Shown: one piece after another, positions 19,624 to 29,863 of the stretch
Position numbering within the stretch: position 1 is the stretch's first letter
Layout: every line of letters begins with the position of its first letter
DNA from: an uncultured Planctomycetota bacterium
Lineage (GTDB): Bacteria; Planctomycetota; Planctomycetia; Gemmatales; Gemmataceae
Length of the DNA: 64,000 nt
Assembly (NCBI GenBank): GCA_963849325.1
Contig: CAWKHF010000008.1
Coordinates: 96,001-160,000, forward strand
Reading direction: 5' to 3'
The notes under the pieces: model-generated
What the model was told of the DNA's origin: nothing
What the model saw: only the letters and a program-made list of their open reading frames with translations
The model's database searches: none
Translations under genes and position numbers: made by a program

Positions 19624-20310
19624 TCAGCGCGTGCTTTTGTCCGTGCCCTCGGCCGGCGTCGTTTCGTCGCTCTTGGGCGTTTTCGGCGCCGGCGGCACGG
19701 GCGGCCGTGGCGCCAACGGATCGAGATGGGTGAAATCGACGAGGATCGTGGCGCCGCCACGGATGGCGATGTGGCGAACGTCCTCGACCGGCTTGCCGTC
19801 GAACAGCCAGCGCGCCCGCACCTCGTAGACGTAGCCCTTGGCGGGATCGAGCGGCGGTGAACGATAATGGCGCCGCATGCCGGTGCTGCGCATCTTCCGG
19901 CCCTCCAGCCAAACCTCGGCGTCTAAAGGCACCTGCACCTGGAGCAGCGCCGTCAGCGACATGGCCGGCGGCAGGGCGGCGTAGGCCGACGGCGGACCGT
20001 ATACCGGCAGCGGTGACGGCGATTCCGTCGTGTAGCTGGTGCGGCCGTAGGTGAAGTACGCGGCGCTGGGCACGGAAGCCGGGTTCGGACCAGGGCCGTA
20101 GCCGTAAGCGGAGGGAGGCAAGTTGATGCCGAGGAAGGGCACGATGCCTCCACCGCCCTGGCTGGCCCCCCCGGCGGTGGGACCTCCGACAGCGGGACCG
20201 GGACCGCGAAAACCCATGCCCTGGGGCCACTGACCGAAGCTCTCGGGAGTGATCGCCGCCAACACAACCAGGGCCAGCCCCACTATCTGTATCGAAAACC
20301 CGCGTTGCAT
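19624..20310 (-). CDS. TIGR03000-type planctomycete exported domain protein
   Basis: Signal peptide, Pro/Tyr/Gly-rich linker, then VQVPLDAEVWLEGRKMRSTGMRRHYRSPPLDPAKGYVYEVRARW. Confidence 0.82.
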   Translation of the reverse strand: MQRGFSIQIVGLALVVLAAITPESFGQWPQGMGFRGPGPAVGGPTAGGASQGGGGIVPFLGINLPPSAYGYGPGPNPASVPSAAYFTYGRTSYTTESPSPLPVYGPPSAYAALPPAMSLTALLQVQVPLDAEVWLEGRKMRSTGMRRHYRSPPLDPAKGYVYEVRARWLFDGKPVEDVRHIAIRGGATILVDFTHLDPLAPRPPVPPAPKTPKSDETTPAEGTDKSTR

Positions 20311-20382
20311 GATCGATTCTCTTCGGTGCTCGTTCCACGGCAAGCGGCGAAAGGCGCTTCAGATGAACACTACAACATGATT

Positions 20383-22663
20383 TCACAGCATGTTGAACGG
20401 ATCCACGTCCAGCGTGAACTCCACGCCGGCCGGCGGCCGCTGGGCCGGCAGCACGGCACGGAGCACCTGGTGCAGCGCGGCCGGACTCGGCGATTGCAGC
20501 TGGAAGTGGAAGCGGTAATAGCCCTTCAGCCGGAACACCGGCGCCTCGGCCGGCCCGAGCAGGCGCACTTCCGGCGGCGCCGGCGCGGCCAGCGCTTGCA
20601 AGGCTCGCTGGAAGGCGTCGGCGAGTTGGTCGGCGAAGGCGGCCGCCGCCTGCTGCTCGCGGCTGCGGACGATGATCCGGGCCAGCCGCTGATACGGCGG
20701 ATAATTGTGCTGTCGGCGGTGCGTCATCTCGGCGGCGACGAAGCCGGCGTAGTCGTGCGTCGCCGCCAGCGCGATGCACGGATGCTCCGGCGTGAACGTC
20801 TGCACCAGCACCCGGCCGCCGCGCGGCCCGCGGCCGGCCCGGCCCGCCACCTGCGACAACAACTGGAACGTCCGCTCCGCCGAGCGGAAGTCCGGCACGT
20901 GCAGGCCCACGTCGGCGTTGACCACGCCCACCAGCGTCACGTTCGGGAAATCCAGTCCCTTGGCGATCATCTGCGTGCCGAGCAGGATGTGGATCAGACC
21001 CTTCGCGGAACGCCGCCAGGACGCGGGCATGGCTGCCCGGCTTCCGCATCGTGTCGCTGTCCATGCGGCGCACGACGTAGTTGGGGAAACGCTCCTCGAT
21101 CTCGGCTTGCAACTTCTCCGTGCCCAGTCCCTGATAGCGCACCGCCGACTGGCCGCACAGGGGGCAATTGCGCGTGCGGCTCCTGCTCGTAGCCGCAGTA
21201 GTGGCAGAGCATGATGTCGCGTTCTTTGTGGTACGTCAGCGCCAGGTCGCAGAAGCGGCACGACTCGACGTGGCCGCACGACGGGCAATGGACGTGCGTC
21301 GAGAAGCCGCGGCGGTTGAGCAGCAGCATCACCTGCCCGCCGTCCTTGAGCGCCTCGCGCATGGCCTGTTCCAGGCGCGTCGCTGAGGGCCGACGGCCGG
21401 CCGCGTGCGCGGCGGCTCGTGGCGCAGGTCGATCAGCGCCACCGTGCGGCAGCGGCCGGTCGAGCACGCGCTGCGGCAGACTCAACAGCGTGTACTGGCC
21501 GCGCTGGGCGTTGTGCCAGCTCTCCAGCGACGGCGTGGCCGAGCCGAGCAGGATCGGGATGTTCTCCAGCCGGGCGCGCATGACGGCCACGTCGCGGGCG
21601 TGGTAGCGCGGCGTCGATTCTTGCTTGAACGTGGCTTCGTGTTCCTCGTCGATGACGATGAGGCCGAGCTGCTGCGCCGGGGCGAAGACGGCGCTGCGGG
21701 CGCCGACGACGACCTGGACCTGGCCGGCGGCGACGCGCCGCCAGTGGCCGCCGCGCTCGGCGTTGCCGAGGTGGCTGTGCAGCACGGCCACCTCGCCGCA
21801 GCGGCCGCGGAAGCGCTGGATCGTCTGCGGCGTCAGGCTGATCTCCGGCACCAGCACCAGGGCTTCCTTGCCCTGGCGCATCACCTCCTCGATGGCCCGC
21901 AGGTAAATCTCCGTCTTGCCGCTGCCGGTGACGCCGTGCAGCAGAAAGGCGTGAAAGCCGCCCTGTTGCAAGGCCGGCTCCAGTCGCTCCCAGACGGCGA
22001 GCTGATCGTCGTTGAGCGTGATCGGTCCGGCCGGCACCGCTTCCTCGTGGGTGCTATCGACGAACTGATCGATGCGCCGGGCCACGCGCCGCGCCAGTCC
22101 CTTGAGCACCAGCGCCTCGATCGGACCCGGCCCGCACTTGGCCTGCCGCGCCAGCTGCTTCGCCTCGACGGCCTTGCCGGCCTTCCGCAACAGCTCCAGT
22201 ACGGCCGTCTGCTTGGCCGTCAGCGTCGGCCGGGCGGCCGTCGCGCCTCGGGCACGGCCTCGACGAAGGTCCGTGTGCGCGTGCCGGCCTTGTCGCGCGC
22301 CCCGGCCGGCACGACGGCGTTGAGCACCTGGCCCCAGCCGCACAGGTAATAGTCGGCCATCCAGCGCGTCAGGCGCAGCAGGTTGTCGGTCAGCAGCGGC
22401 TCGTCGTCGAGCACGCCGACGAGTTCCTTGACCGGCCGCTGGCGGCGGCGTCTCGCTGAGGCGGACGCAGTAGCCGACGGTCGCCTTGTCGCCGCGGCCG
22501 AACGGCGCGCGGACGCGCTTGCCGACGGCGATGCGCCGCGCAGCTCGTCGCCGACGGCGTAGGTGAAGGCGTGGTCGAGCGGCCGATCGAAGACGACGTC
22601 GGCGAACAGGCCGGCCGTCGGCCCAGCCGCGGACGCTTCGGGGCTAAACAGATCGCGTTGCAT
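20383..22663 (-). CDS. priA: Primosomal protein N' (several frameshifts)
   Basis: LLHGVTGSGKTEIY, LVPEISLTPQ, IDEEHE, LGSATPSLE, LNRRG, Cys clusters, GTQMIAKGLDFP and QVAGRAGR. Confidence 0.95.
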
Positions 22664-22908
22664 AGTCTGCGTCACAGGCGACTCCCGGATGTGGCCTCCT
22701 CGGATCACTGTTCACCAGTCCAGTTTACCTCGCCGGCAGGGCCGATACGAGGTCCGTAGGCCGCATCGCGCGGAGTCTTCCTGTATTTTCGGCTTCGGCG
22801 GCGCGGCTGAATCAGCCGGAGGCCGCTCTCGTCCACTTTGGTGGAAGGACGGTCCCTGAAAGACTCCCAACTTGGAAGTTGGGGACATTCCTATCGTGGA
22901 GAAGAACC

Positions 22909-23466
22909 ATGCCAACCGAGTGGGAAAAGATGCTGGCCGGGGAGTTGTATGACCCGCTCGACCCCGAGCTGGTGCGTGCCAGGGACCGGGCCCGAGACCT
23001 GTGCCAGGACTTGAACGCCACCCGTGAAAAAGACCAGGAAGCCCGCCGCCGCATTCTCACGGCCCTCTTTGGCCGGGGCGGTGCGTCGGTCTGGATGCAG
23101 CCTCCCTTCTTCTGCGACTACGGGTCGAACATCCTTCTCGGCGAGCGGGTGTTCTTCAACTTCAACTGCGTCGTCCTCGACGTATGCCAAGTGAAGATCG
23201 GGGATTACACCCTGTTCGGCCCGGCGGTCCAGATTTACACGGCCACTCATCCGATGAACGCCGAGCTGCGGCGAAGGCAGGAGTTCGCCAAGCCCATCGA
23301 GATCGGCTCCGACGTGTGGGTCGGCGGCGGAGCGATCGTCTGTCCCGGCGTGCGGATCGGCTCGAAGACGGTCATCGGCGCGGGAAGCGTGGTAACACGA
23401 GACATCCCGGACGGCGTGTTCGCCGCCGGCAACCCGTGTCGGGTCATCCGCGAGATCACGGAGTAG
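22909..23466 (+). CDS. Sugar O-acetyltransferase (maltose/galactoside acetyltransferase family)
   Basis: EKMLAGELY, PPFFCDYG, FNFNCVVLD, IYTATHP, VWVGGG and AAGNPCRVIR hexapeptide-repeat signature. Confidence 0.92.
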   Translation: MPTEWEKMLAGELYDPLDPELVRARDRARDLCQDLNATREKDQEARRRILTALFGRGGASVWMQPPFFCDYGSNILLGERVFFNFNCVVLDVCQVKIGDYTLFGPAVQIYTATHPMNAELRRRQEFAKPIEIGSDVWVGGGAIVCPGVRIGSKTVIGAGSVVTRDIPDGVFAAGNPCRVIREITE

Positions 23467-23478
23467 AGGGCGGCCGAG

Positions 23479-24835
23479 CTAGGCGGCGCGCGGCCGGGGT
23501 TGCTCCGGTCCTTGCGACGTCCTCGACGACTCCGCAGAAACGACTGTCTGAGCATGGCGGATTCGCCGAGTGTAGGACCAGCAGCAGGCGCCGGCCATGA
23601 CGATCGCCGCCCAGAAGTCCTTGCCTTGATGCAGCCAAGAGATCCAGGACCAGGCCGTGACGTGGCCGGCACATTTCGGCGCGGCGCACACAACGACCAC
23701 CAGAAGCAGACTGCCGAGAGCGACCCTCCAGCCCGGCGCGGCGGTACACGGCGTCCGCCAGCAGGACAGCGGCCGGGGTCAGTGCCGTGAAATTACATCC
23801 CCAGGCGCGCGGGTGGGCCAGCGTCAGGAAGATCATCAGCAGCGACAGGTGCAGAGGATCGCGGAGCCTCGCCAGTTCCGGCGTCGGCCCGCCGCCGTCT
23901 CGCCGCCGGCTTCGGAACATCGCGGCGTAACCGATAGCGGCCAGGACGAGGACGAGGGCGGGGTAGGCGCGTTCGAGACCCCGCAGCCGATCCGGGGAAT
24001 AGCACGTTTGGCCGTTGCTGATGCCGGGCAGGCGGGCCAACTCCGCCAGCAAGGATTGATTTTCCGTGCGGCACGTTTGCGAGCGGATCTGGGTGTTTTG
24101 ACAGTGCCGGACCCAATCGAGGTGCAGACGAACGGCCCCCTCGCAACCGACCCACGGCCCCGGCACGGCCAGAAGGGCCAGACCACCCGTCAAGGCGCCG
24201 GCTAGACCTCGCCAATCACGGCGAACGACGAGGTAGGGCAGCAGCAGGCCGGGCGCGAGCTTCAGGGCCGTGGCGGCGGCGAGCAGTACGCCGCCGAGGA
24301 ACGGTCGGTCCCGGCGCTGGCACACCATCCAGCCCAGGCACAACATCGTCATCAAGCGCCCCGCCTGGCCGGCGCGCACGTTGGACCAGAAGTAACTGCC
24401 CAGCGGCAAGACGATCAACCACACCAGCCCCCAACTCTTCCCCAGTCGGCTTTCTTCCTCGGAAACCAACCGCAGGGCCAGAAAAACACAGGCCGCCACG
24501 AAGATCCAGTTCAACACCGTCCAAAGGCGGCACGCCCACAGATAATCCAGGTAGCTCAAGGGCAGAAAGAAGTAGGCGTAGGCGGGGGCATAAACGAACG
24601 CCCCGGTGGGGCCGTGCTTGTCGATCGTGTAGATGGACCCTCCCCGTGCCGCGGCGCCGGCGGCGCGGTAGTAGGCTCCGAAGTCCAGATCCTGAAAGTC
24701 TTCCGTTTTGCCCACCGTCCGCAGCAGCGAAAACAGGACGGCCAAGCCCAGAAGCAGTACGGTTGCGCGGCCCAGATAGGGCGTTACCTTTTGTGACGGA
24801 AGGGTGGCCCCCGAGGGAGTCAAACCGGGCGGCAT
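23479..24835 (-). CDS. Glycosyltransferase family 87 (DUF2029) membrane protein; frameshift near 23730
   Basis: DFGAYYRAA, FVYAPAYA, NVRAGQ, ALKLAP and ENQSL motifs; multiple transmembrane segments. Confidence 0.8.
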
Positions 24836-25102
24836 CACGGTGGCTTCCCCTCCGTGTGCCTGGGGAGGACACGGCGGTGACACCTTTCCTTGGTGAAAAA
24901 ATCCCTGACGCCGCCTTCCCGCGGACGTCAACACACTATCACTCTGCTGGATCGGCCCTCCCCTACTTGCTCGGCGAGCAATCCGATGGAAAAACGGCGG
25001 AGGGGAGAACTTTTCCGAGGAGTGGCAGCGCCGGAAGCGAATGTGTCAATCGTTCGGACGATGGGAGGCGGCGGAGGAAACGGAGCGAAAAGGCCAGGCG
25101 GA

Positions 25103-25702
25103 TCATTCATCCCGTTCGGACAGGTTCAGGTCATCGAGGAGGCTCTGCCGCACTTCATCGCCGAGGAGGGCGCTGTCGTGCTGGGTCTGGGCCCGGCGGA
25201 CGCCGAAATGGGCAGGCAAGTCGAAGTCGGCCAGCAGTCCGCGGCCGCGCTCATCGAGGACGAACTGGACCCAGTGGGCGGTGCCGATGCAGCGGTCCTC
25301 GGGCCGGCAGGTGATCAGGTTGGCCGGATAGCGCGCCTCGCCGATGTGCAGGCACAGTTCGTCACCGCGTAGATCCTGCCAGGCTTGCAGCTCTTCGCGC
25401 AGGCGTTTGTCGTCGGCCCGCAGCAGCAGGGCGGCTTGCAGACGGTTGCGCCGCGGCAGCAGACGATTGTACAGGTCCAGCTCCTGCTGCACGCGGGCCG
25501 GCTCGCTCAGCCGCGCCACGCGCAGCACCTCCTGCAAGCGGAACCACAGCGTTTGCCGATTCTCGAACAGCAGCGTCAAATGGGAGCCGATGCGAACGCG
25601 GCGATAGCGGTCGAGGTAGCGGCCGTTCGCCTCGAAGAACTCGCGGCGGCGCGGAGCGTATTCTTCCAGCGGCAGCAGGTCGTCCAGGGTCAGCGCCTTC
25701 AT
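25103..25702 (-). CDS. DUF3501 family protein
   Basis: MKALTLDDLLPLEEY...RRVRIGSHLTLLFENRQTLWFRLQEVLRV...ELDLYNRLLP; start overlaps the aquaporin stop (ATGA). Confidence 0.82.
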   Translation of the reverse strand: MKALTLDDLLPLEEYAPRRREFFEANGRYLDRYRRVRIGSHLTLLFENRQTLWFRLQEVLRVARLSEPARVQQELDLYNRLLPRRNRLQAALLLRADDKRLREELQAWQDLRGDELCLHIGEARYPANLITCRPEDRCIGTAHWVQFVLDERGRGLLADFDLPAHFGVRRAQTQHDSALLGDEVRQSLLDDLNLSERDE

Positions 25703-26451
25703 CGCAGGGACTCCGTTCCCTTTTCCGGCGGCAGGATCAGGTTCACGTACAGCACGGCGGCCAGCAGGGCACCAAGGAGGGGTCCGCCCACGTAGATGAC
25801 CGCGTCCGCCAACCAGGCCAGCCGCGGCACCCCCGGTACGGTGGCTTCCCACACGGCCGGGCCGAACCAACGGGCCGGGTTGGCGGCGCCGCCGGTGAAG
25901 CGGAAGCCGAACAGCACGGCGGCGGTCTGGGCCAGGCCGACGATCAGGCCGCCCAGCCGCGGCGCGCGTCGATCGAACAGCGTGGCGAAGGCGGCCAGCG
26001 TCACCAGACACGTCAAAAACAGCTCGAACGCCGTGCCGCTGACCAGGTGACGCGCTTCGAGGACGCCGCTCTCCGGGGCGAACGCCTTCAGGTATGGCGC
26101 TCCCAGGTGCGTCTTGGCGAGCACATCCTCGTGGAACGTCAGGCGGAGTACGAGGCCGGCCAGGGTGGCGCCGAGCAGCTGCATGAGGACCAGCCAGCCG
26201 GCCCGGGCATTGTCCAGGCGCTTGAACACCCACAGCATGATCGTGATGGCCGGATTGAGACAGCCAGGCGAGACAGGGAAAGTGACGGTGAGTGCGACGG
26301 CGAGGGTGAAGCCCTCGGCCAGCGCCAGCCCCGTCACCGACAGCGCCGGCACGCCGGTCAGGTCCGCCGCGCACACGGTGCCGGCGCCGACCAGGACCAG
26401 AATGAAAGTGCCGACCAGCTCGGCGAGGTACGTCCGCAATGGATTGTCCAT
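25699..26451 (-). CDS. Aquaporin / MIP channel
   Basis: YLAELVGTFILV, GCLNPAIT, QLLGA and TGGAANPARWFGPA (two NPA motifs). Confidence 0.93.
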   Translation of the reverse strand: MDNPLRTYLAELVGTFILVLVGAGTVCAADLTGVPALSVTGLALAEGFTLAVALTVTFPVSPGCLNPAITIMLWVFKRLDNARAGWLVLMQLLGATLAGLVLRLTFHEDVLAKTHLGAPYLKAFAPESGVLEARHLVSGTAFELFLTCLVTLAAFATLFDRRAPRLGGLIVGLAQTAAVLFGFRFTGGAANPARWFGPAVWEATVPGVPRLAWLADAVIYVGGPLLGALLAAVLYVNLILPPEKGTESLR

Positions 26452-26678
26452 GTGTCCATCCGCCTATTGGGACGCCGTATTCAAACGCGAACGGCGGAAC
26501 GTGTCAAGCCGCAAGCGGTCGTTTGCGTCGCTGTGAACTTTGTCGGCGCGCCCGTGCTCGAAAGAAACGTTCGACGAAGCGGTGAGGTCTCGCATTCGCG
26601 CTCGTCTTACTTACGCAGACGCTAGTCGTAACTGGCAGTCGGTCGGCTAGGTCCGACCCTGCAAAGGAGTAAAGTGTC

Positions 26679-27137
26679 ATGTCGCAGATGAATCGGCGAG
26701 AAGCTCTCGTGGCCACGCTGGCTGGTGCGGCGGCTCTTACGGCCTCGACTGCGGCACGCGCCGAGAAGACCGATGGCGTTGGGCCGGCCAAGTTAATCGA
26801 AGTGATGGAGAGCTACCGGAAGAAGATGCCCCCGGCACAAGGACTGGGTGAGGAGAACGGCCTTTCCTTCAAAGGCATCGAGCCATTCACCGAGAGTCAT
26901 CTTGCCGGGGTGGCGAGGCGTCTGGGGATCAAATCGGAGGCCGAATGCATGGTGCTGCTGACCTATCTCAAGGACGCAGACCTCAAGATTCGCTTCGTTG
27001 CCATCCAGGCGATCGAGAGCGTTGTCAAAGCTTATCCGAGTGGGATGTCCATCGAAAACGTCACGGACACGGCCTCCAAAGGGCACCGCAAGATGGTGCG
27101 GCGGTTCGTGGAGCGGATCCAAAAGCTCCACGTCTAA
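26679..27137 (+). CDS. Hypothetical protein with twin-arginine signal peptide
   Basis: MSQMNRREALVATLAGAAAL...ARA; AAGGAG RBS; lower GC. Confidence 0.75.
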   Translation: MSQMNRREALVATLAGAAALTASTAARAEKTDGVGPAKLIEVMESYRKKMPPAQGLGEENGLSFKGIEPFTESHLAGVARRLGIKSEAECMVLLTYLKDADLKIRFVAIQAIESVVKAYPSGMSIENVTDTASKGHRKMVRRFVERIQKLHV

Positions 27138-27201
27138 CAAGTCGCCGTGGCAGACTGCGGCCTATGCCGCGAGTGGCGAAGAGCGCCGAGCCGCAAGTAA
27201 C

Positions 27202-27397
27202 TCAGGGTTCGGTCAGTGTCCAGCGCACCTCCGCCCCCTCGCCCGCTGCGAGCGGGACGCGCAGCCGCGCCGTCCGCGGCGCCGAATCGTTCGCGTGCCA
27301 GTATTCGTGCCACAACATCCGTTCGTATTCGCCCGCCGGCAGACGGAATTGTCCGTCGGTCTCGCTGAGCGCGGCCGGCGCCTGTCCAGCACCCAGA
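27202..27397 (-). pseudogene. Orphan duplicate of the 3' end of the gene at 29024..29825
   Basis: Encodes PAALSETDGQFRL...WHE..H.N.SAPR....GEGAEVRWTL, matching 29024..29232; no matching 5' part. Confidence 0.8.
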
Positions 27398-27733
27398 GCC
27401 AAGAAAAGAGGCAAGAAAAGTTCCCAAAGAACGAAATTCTTCACTATTGTATGAGGACACCGAAGTGCCGCAAGACCAACTTTCCGGCTTCCGTCGCAGC
27501 GGTACGAACCTCCTGCTAATGCCGCCGTTTCGCCATCGACTTCCGAGAAGGATGTCCCGAGAAATCAAAGGGGTCGAGATGGGGGATGGTAGTCGGTTAT
27601 GCTGGCCGACTGCGACATTTCAATAACGGGCATGGACCCTCGGGAGGCTGGGCGCTGGAGGATTGAAGCGATAGCATGGTGTTGGCGCGGTCTGCGACAA
27701 CCGAGCAGAGGTCCGAGGGCAAGGACTGACGCT

Positions 27734-28156
27734 ATGACCAGGGCGGAATGGCAGCGGATTGCCGAGGAACGAGTCAAGGACGCCCTCGCCCTGATAACGG
27801 CCTCCCAGTGGTCTGGCGCCTTTTACCTTGCCGGCTACGCGGTCGAGTGTGGTCTCAAGTCTTGCGTGCTTCGCCGCCTTTCCGCGGCGCCCGAGTTGAT
27901 CTTTCTGGACAAGCGATTCTCCAAAAAGTGCTGGACGCACGACTTGGAAGACCTGGTGAAACTTGCTGACCTCCATTTGGATCGGGACGCCGCGGTCGCC
28001 GCAAACGTCGCTTTGGGTATGAACTGGCAGACCGTCAAGGTGTGGAACGAGCAGGATCGCTACCGCATGAAGACCGAGCTGGAAGCGCGGGAACTGGTCA
28101 TCGCCGTCACAGACAACACAAATGGGGTGCTGCCATGGATCAAGGGCCACTGGTGA
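27734..28156 (+). CDS. HEPN-domain protein
   Basis: MTRAEWQRIAEERVKDA...AFYLAGYAVECGLK...WTHDLEDL...WNEQDRY. Confidence 0.82.
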   Translation: MTRAEWQRIAEERVKDALALITASQWSGAFYLAGYAVECGLKSCVLRRLSAAPELIFLDKRFSKKCWTHDLEDLVKLADLHLDRDAAVAANVALGMNWQTVKVWNEQDRYRMKTELEARELVIAVTDNTNGVLPWIKGHW

Positions 28157-28791
28157 TCGAGCAGATTGACGCAGGCTCGGAATTCATCGACCGGCTTGAT
28201 GAGTATGTCCGTGTCCGTGCTGCTTTCTGGATGAAGACCAGTGACTCCGGACGATGGTATCTCTACGTCGCGTCCGACCAAATCAACGACAGCACCAAAA
28301 AGGCGGCCTACGCGGAGGTCTCGCGGGTGGCAAGAGAAATGGACAATCCGAACCTGGACCAGTTCCAGGTAATGCTTATCGGGTCAGACGACCCGCTTGC
28401 GCGGGCGGCCCTCAACGTTCATCAGCGCTTCGCGGCGAGAGTGCCTACCCGCGTCAGGGACAATCCGTTTGGCGGCGTGAGCGTCGAAGAGGTATACATC
28501 TATCCGCCGCCTCATGGGGCCGAGGCGGAGAAATGGCGCGGCGTCGAGGTCAAGTGGTGGCCGGAACCGGACGGGGCCTACCACGTCGAGTTCTGGCCGC
28601 GCGAAGCGGCGCAAATGGTCCGGCCAGGGGGCGAGCCGAAGAGGATACCGCGGCCTGCGGCGGTACGGGTGGAAGACGGGAAGGTCATTGAGTATAGACC
28701 ACCCGAAAAGGATCTGCCTCATTTGACGAAAGACGATTACGAGAAGAAGGCCTTGGAGGCGGTAGAACAAATGGCCGGCAACGGGAGTTGA
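28135..28791 (+). CDS. HEPN-partner protein with an extra C-terminal domain
   Basis: MDQGPLVIEQIDAG...RAAFW...WYLYVAS...VYIYP followed by about 90 more residues; overlaps the HEPN gene by 22 nt. Confidence 0.72.
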   Translation: MDQGPLVIEQIDAGSEFIDRLDEYVRVRAAFWMKTSDSGRWYLYVASDQINDSTKKAAYAEVSRVAREMDNPNLDQFQVMLIGSDDPLARAALNVHQRFAARVPTRVRDNPFGGVSVEEVYIYPPPHGAEAEKWRGVEVKWWPEPDGAYHVEFWPREAAQMVRPGGEPKRIPRPAAVRVEDGKVIEYRPPEKDLPHLTKDDYEKKALEAVEQMAGNGS

Positions 28792-29023
28792 CCGAAATGT
28801 GGAAAGGGAAAGTGGATAAGGCGTTGCGAATCTTTTTAGATCGCAGAAGTTCTCTATCGTTTTTCATTAGCCTTGTTGCCCCTACCTTTTCACTCTCCCT
28901 GGGCCGGCGCAACTCCAGGGCATCGACCTTGCCATGTTCTGGAATTCGTTCGGAATCCAGTTCTGCTGGACGGAATCATCGGGGCTGCGTCCCTCTCGTG
29001 CTCCCAACTATGCCGCAAGCGGT

Positions 29024-29825
29024 TCAATGCTCGGACAGCGTCCAGCGTACCTCTGCCCCCTCGCCCGCTCCGAGTTGGATGTGCAGGAGTACAGCCCGCG
29101 GCGCCGAACCGTTGACGTGCCAATCCTCGTGCCACAACAGCAGTTCATATTCGCCCAGCGGCGCCGCCGTCAACAGGCGGAATTGTCCATCCGTCGCGCT
29201 CAGCGCGGCCGGCACGCCGTCCAGCACCCACAAATAAGCCGGCACCCTGTCCGGCCGCAGCTGCGAACGCACCTCGATCAGCCCGGCAGACGAGAGCGGA
29301 AACGTCCGCCGATCGCCGCGCGGGATCGTCGCGCTGAAGGTGGCGGCGCCGGATGCCTGGAAGTCCGCACGTTCCTCAACGCTGCGTAGTTCGAGGCTGC
29401 CGCCCTTGGGGGCCAGTACGATGTGCGGCCGATATTCGCCGCGTTCGGCCACCAGCCGCGCCGGCTCCATCGACCGTGGCGCGGCCGGCTTGCCGCCGTA
29501 CAACAACTGAATCACGGTCCAGGCCACGCCATGCGTCGCCGCATCGATGCGCAGGCGTGGCGTCGAAGGGATCGGCTCTTTTCCCTCCCAGCGAACGACG
29601 CCGCGAAGGATGCCGGCCTCCTTGTTTATGATGATTTCAGGGTTGGTTCGCCGCGCCGCCGCCACGGGCGCCTCGATTTTCTTGCCGGGAACCGAGATAG
29701 GCGCGGCGATCGGCCGAACGGGAGACGGTTTCTCCTTCGTGGTGTCGTGCGGGACCGTCGTCACCGGCGCGCGAGCAGCCGATCAGAAGGGACAGCAACA
29801 CCGCCAGACCATGCCGGTGCTTCAT
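29024..29825 (-). CDS. Hypothetical lipoprotein with cupredoxin/carboxypeptidase-regulatory-like beta domains; frameshift near 29770
   Basis: Lipobox LLIGC; GILRGVVRWEG, YRPHIVL and DGQFRL...GEYELLLWHE. Confidence 0.7.
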
Positions 29826-29863
29826 GGTGCGGACCTCGTGGAATGAGGACGGGACGGGAACCA

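Noticed and set aside
22760-23520. Acetyltransferase gene as an integron cassette
   Set aside because: Flanks only vaguely resemble attC halves; no proper RYYYAAC and GTTRRRY pair.
25103-26374. 423-aa ORF as an aquaporin-DUF3501 fusion
   Set aside because: The upstream part is an alternative frame of the aquaporin gene; DUF3501 has its own ATG at 25702.
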